From the NCBI GenBank assembly GCA_018062765.1, contig JAGORR010000001.1, forward strand, positions 506,485 to 570,484: a stretch of 64,000 bases of DNA. The letters are read 5' to 3'. The DNA is from Minisyncoccota bacterium (lineage in GTDB: Bacteria > Patescibacteriota > Minisyncoccia > Phycocordibacterales > Phycocordibacteraceae). Below, in pieces: positions 46,190 to 55,133 of this stretch (positions are counted from its first letter, which is position 1; every line of letters begins with the position of its first letter). The notes under the pieces are model-generated. The model was not told the DNA's origin and searched no databases. It saw only the letters and a program-made list of their open reading frames with translations. The translations under genes were made by a program, and so were the position numbers.

Positions 46190-48007
46190 ATGTACGTCCT
46201 CGAAGTCCTCCCGCTCGCTAAGGGCCCTGCACTCGGTACCCTTTCGTATCGCTCCGCGAGCGACGCGCCCACCGGAACACTTCTCAAGATACCTATTCGC
46301 AAGCGCGAGACACTTGGCGTCGTTCTCTCGTCTGTGCCAGTCGCAGAGGCGAAGGCGACCCTAAAGCGCGCAACGTTCGCTCTTAAGGGCGCGCATATTC
46401 ATGATGTGGGACGCGTCCCAGATGCGTACATGCGCGCCGCGCGCGAGCTCGCACTTCTTCACGCGACCCATGAGGGTGCCGTACTCCTCGCCCTTTGCGG
46501 TGAATATCTCTTGCAGGGTATGAAGTCGTTTCTGCCACCAACTGGTTTCAGCGATACGCGTATTGAAAATGCGTACGGGAAGCGCATCCGTGCGTACGAA
46601 GCGGCAATACGCGCAGCAGGTCATCGTGGAGAGTCAACGCTCCTGCTTGTGCCAACACGCATCGAGGCGAAACGTTTCGCTGCCATGTTCGCCGAAATCC
46701 ATCCTGTTGTCCTTACAGGTGAAGAGCCGACGAAGCGCCGAGAGAACCTACTTAAGAAGGCGCTCGATTCATCGCTCGTTATCGCGACCCCTGGATTTGC
46801 GTGGCTCCCACTGCCCTCGCTCGGCCTCATCATCGTCGAGCGAATTGGCGCCGGTACCTACATGCGCGAGCGACATCCATATCTTGATATGCGCTTTGCC
46901 GCATACGCGTACGCGAAGGCACGTAGCATCGCATTTCTTACCGGCGATTTCCCGCTTCCAGTTTCCTGGCGACCCGACCCTGCGCTTCCTATTCAGAGCG
47001 AGCTTCCCGGCAGCATCCACCTCATCGACGCACGCCCCAAGGAAGACCAGGAACACGCGCGAGAACCCTTCCGCGCGCTTCCAGAGGATGCTCTGACACG
47101 TGTCAGAAAGGCACTCGCAGCCTCCGGACGGGTTGCTATTCTCGCAACGCGTCGCGGGTACTCACCCTCAGTGGTGTGCCGCGATTGCGGCACAAGCGTG
47201 AAGGATGCGGAAGGTCGTACGCTTTCTTTTGCAAAAGCTGGCGGTCTTCCTGTATTCCGTTCCGCAGACGGTAAGACCATTCGCACGGCGGATATTCACT
47301 GCACACAGTGCGGCGGCTGGAACCTGCTTCCGCTAGGAATCGGCATCGAACGAGTAGCTGAAGAGATCGCCACCGCCTTTCCAGACGCACCCCAGGCCCT
47401 ATTCGACGCTGCGGTGTTGCGCAAGAAAGGCGCTGCCGAAAGGCTCATGAAGCGCGCTATGGAGCCCGGAACCGTACTTATTGGCACCGAGTCGATGCTC
47501 GCCTACCTCGATCCACTGAAGCCGGTTTATGAGGGCGTCATCGCGTCCTCAGATAGCTTGCTGTCGCTCCCTTTCTGGAACGCGCGCGAACGATTGGTAC
47601 GACTCGGGCTCGCGTTCCGCGAGCGAGCCACCCACCTTACGGTGCTGACGCGGAATCCGGATGACGCAGCGTTCGCAGCGATTGAGCGGGCGAAGGATGC
47701 TGCGTTCTGGCAGGAAGAAACGGTGCTCCGAAAACGCTTCCTGTACCCGCCCTTTGGACGTCTTCTCGTCATGCGTGCCGAAGGCACACCTCGCGCGCTT
47801 GAAACTGTGCTTCCGCTTATTCGCAAGGCCTTTGGCACACAGGCGGTTACAGAGCTCCCGCTCCGTGCCGTCACACAGACTCGACGCGCACTCTCGGTCG
47901 TCGCGAAGATTGAAGCAACTAAGTGGCCAGACGAGTCGCTCGCTGAGCGCATCGCAGCACTTCCGCCATCAGTACGCACCTACGTTGACCCAGAGAGCCT
48001 TTGGTGA
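46190..48007 (+). CDS. priA: primosomal protein N' (PriA)-like, helicase motifs degenerate
   Basis: PriA-like N-terminus and C-terminal CxxC...CxxC zinc-binding region (CRDCGTS...CTQCGG); no canonical Walker A GxGKT. Confidence 0.5.
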   Translation: MYVLEVLPLAKGPALGTLSYRSASDAPTGTLLKIPIRKRETLGVVLSSVPVAEAKATLKRATFALKGAHIHDVGRVPDAYMRAARELALLHATHEGAVLLALCGEYLLQGMKSFLPPTGFSDTRIENAYGKRIRAYEAAIRAAGHRGESTLLLVPTRIEAKRFAAMFAEIHPVVLTGEEPTKRRENLLKKALDSSLVIATPGFAWLPLPSLGLIIVERIGAGTYMRERHPYLDMRFAAYAYAKARSIAFLTGDFPLPVSWRPDPALPIQSELPGSIHLIDARPKEDQEHAREPFRALPEDALTRVRKALAASGRVAILATRRGYSPSVVCRDCGTSVKDAEGRTLSFAKAGGLPVFRSADGKTIRTADIHCTQCGGWNLLPLGIGIERVAEEIATAFPDAPQALFDAAVLRKKGAAERLMKRAMEPGTVLIGTESMLAYLDPLKPVYEGVIASSDSLLSLPFWNARERLVRLGLAFRERATHLTVLTRNPDDAAFAAIERAKDAAFWQEETVLRKRFLYPPFGRLLVMRAEGTPRALETVLPLIRKAFGTQAVTELPLRAVTQTRRALSVVAKIEATKWPDESLAERIAALPPSVRTYVDPESLW

Positions 48008-48204
48008 GATAAGAGGCATGGGTTGCGGGCGCTCTGATGCTGCCCCTTGGGTTCGACAAGCGAGCGCGTCCTTCCCTCAAAGGAGCTTCCACCACGTAGG
48101 ACCTTGTCCACCCTCGTGAACGGAAGCGGAGCGTCCGCAACCCGCTACTCTCAAGTCCCGACCTGGTCGGGACTTCTTCTTTTTCCTGCGCTATATTCGA
48201 CTAC

Positions 48205-48753
48205 ATGGTGCTTCCTATACTTCAGGACGGGGCGGATACGCTCCGCACCCCTTCGGACCCGCTTCCTGAGCGGCTATTTGGCACGCCCGAGCTCCGTAAG
48301 ATGATTACGGACATGGCCGAGACTGTTGCGAAAGAGCCAGACGGTGTGGCAATAGCGGCGCCCCAGGTGGGCATCCCCTATCAAATATTCCTCGTGCGGT
48401 ATGACCGAATGGAACCATTAGGTGAGGGAGAGCGTATCGAAGAACGCGCACCGGATGTGGGTGTCTTCATAAACCCCAAGCTCTCCAAGCTCTCGCGTAA
48501 ATCATCCGAAGTCGATGAGGGATGTCTCTCCGTGCGTGGAGTCTATGGTTCAACCGTGCGCAAGGACCGCGCGACCATCGAGGCGCGCGACGAGGAAGGA
48601 GTTCATTTCACGCGTGGCGCGGGCGGCCTTCTCGCGCAAGCATTCCAGCACGAGGTCGATCACCTCAACGGCATCCTGTTTGTCGATCATGCGGTAAAGA
48701 TATGGAAGCCGCGCGCGAAGAAGGGAGACTCGGATGACATTCATGCAGCCTAA
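48205..48753 (+). CDS. def: peptide deformylase
   Basis: GVAIAAPQVG, EGCLS, HEVDHLNG motifs. Confidence 0.9.
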   Translation: MVLPILQDGADTLRTPSDPLPERLFGTPELRKMITDMAETVAKEPDGVAIAAPQVGIPYQIFLVRYDRMEPLGEGERIEERAPDVGVFINPKLSKLSRKSSEVDEGCLSVRGVYGSTVRKDRATIEARDEEGVHFTRGAGGLLAQAFQHEVDHLNGILFVDHAVKIWKPRAKKGDSDDIHAA

Positions 48754-49576
48754 GTTCGTATTCTTCGGAACGCCTCTCGTTGCGAGCCGCACACTTGAAA
48801 GGCTGCTCGAAGCCGGCTATACGCCGTCGCTTGTGGTTACGAGCCCCGACGCACCCCAGGGTCGCGGCATGACGCTTACCCCTTCGCCCGTTAAGGCACT
48901 CGCAGAATCGCGCGGCATCAAGATCGCAACGCCTGAGAAAGCACGCAACACAATCGACGAGGTGCGAGCGACAGGTGCCGAGTATGCGCTCGTAGTCGCG
49001 TATGGAAAGATTCTCCCGCAGACGTTAATCGACGCATTCCCGCTCGGTGTACTAAACGTCCACTATTCCCTCTTACCCAAGTACCGCGGCGCCTCCCCCG
49101 TTGAAGCCGCGCTTCTAAACGGGGACACGGTAACCGGGGTCGCAGTCCAGCGTATGGTGCTCGCGCTTGACGCAGGCGACATACTCGCCGTGAAAGAGGA
49201 GCCGATAGCCTCCGATGATACCGCGCTCACGCTCCGCCCAAGACTCATCGAGCTCGGAGCCGACACACTCATCGAGGCGCTACCCGCGTTCGTGGCAGGC
49301 ACAGCACTGTTTACTCCTCAGGACGAAACGCTCGCGACGCATTGCGGGAAGATATCCAAGGAAGCGCGCGAGCTGGACCTTTCAGCGGACGCGAAGGAGA
49401 ACTGGAACAAGTACCGCGCATACGCAGAGGGCCCGGGTACGCACTTTTTCATGGAAAGGGACGGCAAGCGCATCCGCGTAAAGATAAAAAAAGCATCCCT
49501 CAGGAACGGGCAATTCGTTGTCGAGCGGGTCGTACCCGAAGGCAAGAACGAGATGGATTTCTCGGCTCTCCACTGA
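48734..49576 (+). CDS. fmt: methionyl-tRNA formyltransferase
   Basis: FVFFGTP N-terminus, HxSLLPxxRG motif; overlaps the def stop (possible start at 48743). Confidence 0.9.
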   Translation: MTFMQPKFVFFGTPLVASRTLERLLEAGYTPSLVVTSPDAPQGRGMTLTPSPVKALAESRGIKIATPEKARNTIDEVRATGAEYALVVAYGKILPQTLIDAFPLGVLNVHYSLLPKYRGASPVEAALLNGDTVTGVAVQRMVLALDAGDILAVKEEPIASDDTALTLRPRLIELGADTLIEALPAFVAGTALFTPQDETLATHCGKISKEARELDLSADAKENWNKYRAYAEGPGTHFFMERDGKRIRVKIKKASLRNGQFVVERVVPEGKNEMDFSALH

Positions 49577-49582
49577 CAAAAA

Positions 49583-49948
49583 CTATCCCCTTCCGAACCG
49601 GAGCCAGGATTTCATCCTTGCGCCCGTCGCACGAATGAGACGCTTCGTGCGTCCGCGTGCCTTCTTCACTTCCCGTGATAGCTCACCCGCCGCCTTATCT
49701 ATCGCCGCCTCTATGGCATCCCCCTCCGCCTCCACACGATAGAGCTTCCCGCCTACATCCAGGTTCGCCTCGGCCCGGTATATCTGGCCAGACTTATGGT
49801 GTTCGGTCGAACGGCCGAGCTCTATTTCGAGGAGCGCCGTGGCCCGGTCATTTCCGAGTAACCGCTCGACCGAACCGAATCGCTCTTTCGCGAACTCAAG
49901 AGCCTTGTCCGACGCTTCGTAATTCGGGGTCTTGGTGGTGATGTTCAT
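49583..49948 (-). CDS. hpf: ribosome hibernation promoting factor (HPF/RaiA)
   Basis: 121 aa; sigma-54 modulation protein/YfiA-fold pattern. Confidence 0.75.
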   Translation of the reverse strand: MNITTKTPNYEASDKALEFAKERFGSVERLLGNDRATALLEIELGRSTEHHKSGQIYRAEANLDVGGKLYRVEAEGDAIEAAIDKAAGELSREVKKARGRTKRLIRATGARMKSWLRFGRG

Positions 49949-49957
49949 GGAAGTGCG

Positions 49958-50179
49958 TTAGCGATCAATACTCACCATCTTAGAACGCGAACGGTGACCA
50001 GTCAGGATGCGCACGCCGGCGAGCGGCACGCGGTACCTGCGAGCGAGCAGTGTCCGGATGCGCTCGTTCGCGAGGTTTTGCTTTGCCGGCTCCCGCACCG
50101 CAATCGAAAGCGTATCGCTTGCGACCTCGGTTACGAGCTCCCTTCTGCTCCCAGGTGCCGCGATAACCTTGATATACAT
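49958..50179 (-). CDS. DUF167 (YggU-like) protein
   Basis: 73 aa; ...LARRYRVPLAGVRILTGHRSRSKMVSI resembles DUF167. Confidence 0.6.
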   Translation of the reverse strand: MYIKVIAAPGSRRELVTEVASDTLSIAVREPAKQNLANERIRTLLARRYRVPLAGVRILTGHRSRSKMVSIDR

Positions 50180-50189
50180 GCCTTACGCA

Positions 50190-50456
50190 TCAATCTCGCT
50201 TCGGATACTGCTCGCCAAGGTACTTGATGATGTCTTCGGACTCGTACATGGCGACACCCCTGGTGGAATCGATCAGGTACGGCATCTGCCGCTTGCCGCC
50301 GTGCGCGATAAGCTCCTCGGCAACACCAGGATCGTTGATGTTCTTACGCGCATACTCGACACCGAGCTCATCCGCAACTTCGCACACGTGCTCGCAGTAC
50401 GGGCATCCGGGCTTCACAAATAGGGTGAGCATCTGCCGGGTATTAGGGGTATGCAT
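50190..50456 (-). CDS. glutaredoxin-like protein
   Basis: CPYC active site in a thioredoxin-fold context. Confidence 0.75.
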   Translation of the reverse strand: MHTPNTRQMLTLFVKPGCPYCEHVCEVADELGVEYARKNINDPGVAEELIAHGGKRQMPYLIDSTRGVAMYESEDIIKYLGEQYPKRD

Positions 50457-50488
50457 CTAGTATAGGCCACCCCCGCATGAGCGTGGGA

Positions 50489-50526
50489 TGAATAACAAAT
50501 GCCCCGCAGCTGGTGCTGCGGGGCGG
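50489..50526 (-). terminator. rho-independent terminator
   Basis: gccccgcagc-acca-gctgcggggc then atttgttatt on the minus strand. Confidence 0.75.
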
Positions 50527-50538
50527 GTGTTCTTGACG

Positions 50539-51267
50539 CTAATGTACGGTCAGATGGGTCAGTACCTCCGGAAGGTCCGCATCCCGCTCGGGAATGAAGC
50601 GCGGACCCTCGTAGGGCTCGCCAGCCTTCGTGGTGCGGTCGCGGATAGGATCGAAGAACCCGTCGCCGTTCCAATAGAACGGGCGCAGGATGAGGTTCCC
50701 TGCGTGCGGCGGATACAGGGGGACATAGAGAGTCGAGAGTTTCTCGCTTCCCTTCCCGCCTGAAAGGCGACCGGTGCCGAGTATCGCATAGCGATTGCTC
50801 GGATCCTTCCAGAGCTTCGCGTATCCCGGCTGGATGCCGGTTCCGGTCGCAAGCTCTTCAAGCATGTCGAGAGGGCGGCAGGGCCGGCGCATGATGTACC
50901 GGATGCCGAGCTTCTGCGTGAGCCCGATGCTCGAGTTGACCGGCGCGAGGAATTCGGAAAGCAGGATGCAGGTCGCTGCGAATCCGGCACGCGGCAAGAC
51001 TGCATAGAACTCGCGGGTCTCCACGTTCTGGGCGACGCCGAGCACCTTGCATTCGTTGCCGTCGTAGTCCTCGTACACGCCGCACGGCGCGAACCCGCGG
51101 ATGACCCTCTCGAATTCGCGGATTTCTTCATCGCTGTAGTGCCGGCTTTTGCCGACCAGAGGCATCTCATGCGCGAGGCGATGCGATGCGATGGTCTGCA
51201 GCTGCGGCGTAACGTGTTCCCTCCAAAGCGCGACCGACGGTTTCGGCTGCGAATCAAGTATCAGCAT
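50539..51267 (-). CDS. hypothetical protein
   Basis: 242 aa; no confidently recognised domain; the alternative-frame table ORF 50559-51257 is an Arg/Ser-rich artefact. Confidence 0.55.
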   Translation of the reverse strand: MLILDSQPKPSVALWREHVTPQLQTIASHRLAHEMPLVGKSRHYSDEEIREFERVIRGFAPCGVYEDYDGNECKVLGVAQNVETREFYAVLPRAGFAATCILLSEFLAPVNSSIGLTQKLGIRYIMRRPCRPLDMLEELATGTGIQPGYAKLWKDPSNRYAILGTGRLSGGKGSEKLSTLYVPLYPPHAGNLILRPFYWNGDGFFDPIRDRTTKAGEPYEGPRFIPERDADLPEVLTHLTVH

Positions 51268-51347
51268 TGCGTTTGACTCCCGTAAAGAGCAGCGGGCCTA
51301 CTCGCCCACAGCTGCCGATACTAGCGCCATTCGCTCCTTTTATCCAG

Positions 51348-51376
51348 TTGGCATCAGGGTCGTTTTTGGGTACACT
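51348..51376 (+). promoter_or_regulatory. sigma70-like promoter TTGGCA-17-TACACT for the tRNA
   Basis: lies 32 nt upstream of the tRNA 5' end. Confidence 0.45.
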
Positions 51377-51408
51377 CGCCTATGACCGTCCTCGGACGGT
51401 CATGACAT

Positions 51409-51480
51409 TCCGCGATAGCTCAATGGTAGAGCAGCGCCCTGTTAAGGCGTTGGTTGTAGGTTCGAGTCCTACTCGCGGAG
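51409..51480 (+). tRNA. tRNA-Asn (anticodon GTT)
   Basis: manual cloverleaf: acceptor tccgcga/tcgcgga, D arm gctc-aatggta-gagc, anticodon stem gcgcc/ggcgt with loop cTGTTaa, T arm gtagg-ttcgagt-cctac; CCA not encoded. Confidence 0.85.
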
Positions 51481-51488
51481 CAAAGACG

Positions 51489-51512
51489 AAAGGCGCCTTA
51501 GGGCGCTTTTCG
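51489..51512 (+). terminator. rho-independent terminator after the tRNA
   Basis: aggcgcc-ttag-ggcgct then tttt. Confidence 0.65.
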
Positions 51513-51620
51513 CGTTGCTCCGCGAAACAGAAGCGAGGCGGTTGCGAGGAAGCTCTGCTTTCCGCACCCTCCTCGCAAGGGCTTCGATCTTATTATCCGA
51601 GACCTCTTCTTGCCGGTACA

Positions 51621-52943
51621 ATGGGTCAAATGTCCCGCGTCTCCTCCTTCACGTTTGGTACTTACAAAGTAGACACGGCGACTTCTACGCTCTCCTTCAC
51701 CTACAAGATCGGTTTTAAAAGCGGAAGGGTAAAAACATACACAGACCAGCTCTTTCTTCATGGCGTACCGCCGGAGGCGTGGGAGAAGATACCTAAGTCC
51801 GTACTCGAGCCGACCTTACAGAGCCTGCTCCTCATGCTCGGTATCAACTACTGGACCGTCTACCCGACGAGAAACATGCGTATCGAGGGATTTACGCTGA
51901 CGCGCGAACAGGCCGAGTTCTGGAACTCCCTTTACCTTAACGGCCTCGCGGAGTTCTTCTACCTCATGAAGATGGATTTTCATGACCTCATCGCGTTTCC
52001 CTTTGATGAATCTGCGATAGCGTCCGTGCCGACCGCCTTTAAGCGCCCTACACGCTCCTTGCTTCTTAACGGCGCCGGCAAGGACTCCATCCTTTCCGCG
52101 GAGATGCTGAAGGAATCCGGTACCCCGTTCGACTTTTTTGCATTCTCGCCGACGCTCGCGCATGAACGAATCGCGAAATTAGTCGGTGCGAATACCGTAC
52201 ACGTCACTCGTCGCAGGGACCCATGGATTAAGTTTCCGGTGACCTTTGGCGCCGTATCAACCGCATACCCCTCCGTCTCCACATTCACCTTCATAGCGGT
52301 ACTCGTCGCGGAGCTTCTTGGGTATGACTCAATCGTATTCTCTAACGAACGGAGCGCGGATATCGGCAACCTCACGTACCATGGACTCCCCGTCAATCAC
52401 CAATGGTGCAAGTCTTCCGAGGCAGAGAAGATGACCAATGACTACATCCAGCGCTACATCACGCCGGACATCAGGACGAGTTCTCTATTGCGAAAGTTCA
52501 GCGAGCTCGAGATAGTCCGCCGCTTCGTTACGTACCCGCAGTACCTGTATGCGGTCACAAGCTGCAATAGTTACTTCTGTTTTTCGCGCTTCGAACAGCG
52601 CTTTCTGCGAACGCCCTATTGGTGTCGGTCATGCCCAAAATGCGTGTTCCTTTTCTCCTGCTTTGCTGCTTTCCTTCCGAAAGATGAAGTGGTCGCCATG
52701 TTCGGCGCAAATCTATACGCGCGTAGACGCCATCTGCGCCTCATCAGAAGGATACTCGGACTGGAAGGATTCAAACCGCTCGATTGCGTTGGCGAGCCCG
52801 AAGAAATGATTCTCGCAATGCATTACGCTGCCGAAGGTAAGGAATACGAGGGTACTCCCGCGATGCGAGTCTTTAGTGAGCGCTTTCCGTCGACGTACGA
52901 TTTCGCGGAGGCCGAGCGAAAGGTATTTGCAACCGGTTCGTAG
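51621..52943 (+). CDS. PP-loop-like (adenine nucleotide alpha-hydrolase superfamily) protein with CxxCxxC motif, function unknown
   Basis: NGAGKDS (variant SGGxDS) and downstream WCRSCPKC cluster; 440 aa from MGQMSRV; the upstream part of the table ORF spans the tRNA and terminator. Confidence 0.5.
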   Translation: MGQMSRVSSFTFGTYKVDTATSTLSFTYKIGFKSGRVKTYTDQLFLHGVPPEAWEKIPKSVLEPTLQSLLLMLGINYWTVYPTRNMRIEGFTLTREQAEFWNSLYLNGLAEFFYLMKMDFHDLIAFPFDESAIASVPTAFKRPTRSLLLNGAGKDSILSAEMLKESGTPFDFFAFSPTLAHERIAKLVGANTVHVTRRRDPWIKFPVTFGAVSTAYPSVSTFTFIAVLVAELLGYDSIVFSNERSADIGNLTYHGLPVNHQWCKSSEAEKMTNDYIQRYITPDIRTSSLLRKFSELEIVRRFVTYPQYLYAVTSCNSYFCFSRFEQRFLRTPYWCRSCPKCVFLFSCFAAFLPKDEVVAMFGANLYARRRHLRLIRRILGLEGFKPLDCVGEPEEMILAMHYAAEGKEYEGTPAMRVFSERFPSTYDFAEAERKVFATGS

Positions 52944-52947
52944 CGTT

Positions 52948-53262
52948 TTACTGCTTTGATTTAGTCATCCTGCCGAGTACCCATTTCTGGGTTTTGCTTA
53001 CCGCCTTATCCTTGCGATGTGGGCATCCCATCCAGCAGCAAGGACGACGCTTCCCTTCCCGCAATTCTTCAACTGCACGCGTGATGTGCTCTCTCCTTGT
53101 TTCCGCAGTCTTCACGGTTATCGTCCAGCAGATCCACTCATTACGCGCGAGCGGCGTAATGTCTTCCCATGCTAGGAGCGCCTTCGGCGAAGCGCTGAGC
53201 GCTTTGCGCATATCATCCGGCAACTTATGAGCAGTCCCGCTCGAGATTCCCTTGGTAGCCAT
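52948..53262 (-). CDS. YdeI/OmpD-associated family protein
   Basis: WICWTITVKTAETRREHITRAVEELREGKRR pattern of the YdeI/OmdA family. Confidence 0.5.
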   Translation of the reverse strand: MATKGISSGTAHKLPDDMRKALSASPKALLAWEDITPLARNEWICWTITVKTAETRREHITRAVEELREGKRRPCCWMGCPHRKDKAVSKTQKWVLGRMTKSKQ

Positions 53263-53319
53263 GAGGCTATCCTAGCAAAGTTATGCGAGCGGACAGATTG
53301 TCATACCGCAACCATATGG

Positions 53320-53356
53320 AAAGCGCCCGACCGAAAAGGTCGGGCGCTTGTCTTTA
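53320..53356. terminator. terminator hairpin
   Basis: agcgcccgacc-gaaaa-ggtcgggcgct then tgtcttt. Confidence 0.7.
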
Positions 53357-53381
53357 GGAAGACACTTTCGTGCCAAGGGGA

Positions 53382-54149
53382 TTACACCATCTCCAAGATA
53401 ACGTAATCCGGAAGCAGTTCGCCCGGCAAGGGCGGGCCGGCGGAGAGAAACTTATCGATGACCTCGTCGTATCGATAGTCATCCTTAAGGTGCGTATACA
53501 GGATGTCGAATCCGCCCTCAGCTTCGCGCCAGCGTACCGTCGCATCATCCGTACCGGTCCATATACGCTTGCTGACGGAGGTCGGCTTCGTACCCGCCAC
53601 CAGATTCTCATACACGCTTACGAAGCCGTTTCGCAGGCACCGTGCATGCGATGAGTCGTCGGACAACCAGCCCGGCATGCGAGCGACGCAGTCGGAGACG
53701 AGCGCGCGAGCGATTGCTGCTTTTATCTGCCTACTTGTCATCGGCTCGCTCGCTCCGAACGCTTTCTGTTCAGGCACCTTCGCAGGTGGATTCAGTAGCG
53801 GCTCGATTATCCCGAGCGTCGTCACGACCCTCGTGCGCCCGATGCTCTTCAGATTCGAGTCGAGCAGGTCGAACGTAAAGCCGACGAGTTGTCTGCTTCG
53901 GGAGCTTTCGTAGGGTGTCGTGACAAACGCACTCTTCACGAGGTGAAGAGTGCCGCCTTCGACCCACGCGAGGGTCCAGGGATCTGTCTGTCTCCCTTCC
54001 GTCCATTTGATGCGAAGATCTGCCACCGGCACACCGTAGCGAGTACGGAGGTGGCTCACGATGTCCCCCACCATTCCCTCGATGGTTCCGGTACGCTCTC
54101 GGAGCCCCTTTTCCCGATCAATCTCGAACATACTCCATCTCCTTTCCAC
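53382..54149 (-). CDS. hypothetical protein
   Basis: 255 aa; no recognised domain. Confidence 0.5.
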   Translation of the reverse strand: MERRWSMFEIDREKGLRERTGTIEGMVGDIVSHLRTRYGVPVADLRIKWTEGRQTDPWTLAWVEGGTLHLVKSAFVTTPYESSRSRQLVGFTFDLLDSNLKSIGRTRVVTTLGIIEPLLNPPAKVPEQKAFGASEPMTSRQIKAAIARALVSDCVARMPGWLSDDSSHARCLRNGFVSVYENLVAGTKPTSVSKRIWTGTDDATVRWREAEGGFDILYTHLKDDYRYDEVIDKFLSAGPPLPGELLPDYVILEMV

Positions 54150-54325
54150 TCTTGAAGGCGTTCGTCAAAGAACTGTTGCGGGTATTCTGCGCCGCATCCT
54201 TTGTTTCCGCAATCGCCGAGCGAGCGCATCATTCCACAGGTGGTCTGAGCCTGCCTATCACTTCTGTTTACCCTACCTCGTTCACGTGGTATCAAATGTA
54301 CGGACCAGCAGAGGAGTGTCCGATG

Positions 54326-54493
54326 AATGCTTTTAGCGACCGGCGAGTTGATCTGCCGGACACCAACATGTTCCGCTATATGCGGGACGACGTCGCGCGA
54401 ATATCGCAAGGATGGAGCGTCATCGTCGATTTTCGCACGGCCTCTGAGATAGAGACCGAGCGCAATGCCGCGAAGGCGAAATCCGGAAGTTGA
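54326..54493 (+). CDS. small hypothetical protein (55 aa)
   Basis: GAGGAG SD 7 nt before the ATG; terminator 25 nt downstream. Confidence 0.35.
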   Translation, partial: NAFSDRRVDLPDTNMFRYMRDDVARISQGWSVIVDFRTASEIETERNAAKAKSGS

Positions 54494-54516
54494 AGAGCGA
54501 TCTTCCCGACCCTTAC

Positions 54517-54551
54517 CGGTCGCCGCACTCCGCGGCGACCACTTCTTTTAT
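54517..54551 (+). terminator. rho-independent terminator
   Basis: ggtcgccgc-actcc-gcggcgacc then acttcttttatt. Confidence 0.75.
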
Positions 54552-54611
54552 TGCTCCCTATCCCGTGGTATCGTCCGACCCGGCTGCACCCTAACAGAAA
54601 GGTTCCTACTG

Positions 54612-55019
54612 ATGTTCCAAATGATTAAGGATCCCGAGACCGCATCAGAACGGCTCGTGAACCGACTCCTCGCATCCATCGAGGGCAAGGCCATGATCTA
54701 TCCTTTCGAGGCCTTCGCGGAGCTCGCCTCCGGCATGATCGCAGTGCTCGATGCACAGGACGAGATCGACGTCGTCTTCGACCTGTCGCTCTGGGCATAC
54801 AAGCACCCGGATGCATGGCTCAAGAACGGTGCGTTCCCGCACCTGCGGCCTGAACTCGGGTTTGGCGTACTGCCTGGGGTCGGTACCGTTCCGAAGCCGA
54901 GGACGTTTGATGACGCCCTCACCTACGCGCATATGGCACTCGAGATGCTTCCCTTGCCCGCATGGTGCTCGGCGCCGAAAGCGATACTGATTCGTCCGGC
55001 GAAGCCACTCGCAGCCTGA
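54612..55019 (+). CDS. hypothetical protein
   Basis: 135 aa from MFQMIKDPE; AAAGG SD; hairpin terminator 55021-55055. Confidence 0.5.
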   Translation: MFQMIKDPETASERLVNRLLASIEGKAMIYPFEAFAELASGMIAVLDAQDEIDVVFDLSLWAYKHPDAWLKNGAFPHLRPELGFGVLPGVGTVPKPRTFDDALTYAHMALEMLPLPAWCSAPKAILIRPAKPLAA

Positions 55020-55065
55020 CGCCAAACGCCCCCGACAAAGTCGGGGGCGTTCTACGTCTACACTA

Positions 55066-55100
55066 GTGCAAAAGAAAGGCCGCCAGCATTGCTGGCGGCC
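55066..55100 (-). terminator. rho-independent terminator of the flotillin gene
   Basis: ggccgccagc-aat-gctggcggcc then tttcttttgc on the minus strand. Confidence 0.75.
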
Positions 55101-55133
55101 TGAGTTCGTCTTGAAAGACAGTATCCAGAAACG

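Noticed and set aside
50559-51257. 232-aa minus-strand ORF in an alternative frame
   Set aside because: It is the same locus as the 50539-51267 gene in another frame. It is extremely Arg/Ser/Ala-rich, a GC-frame artefact.
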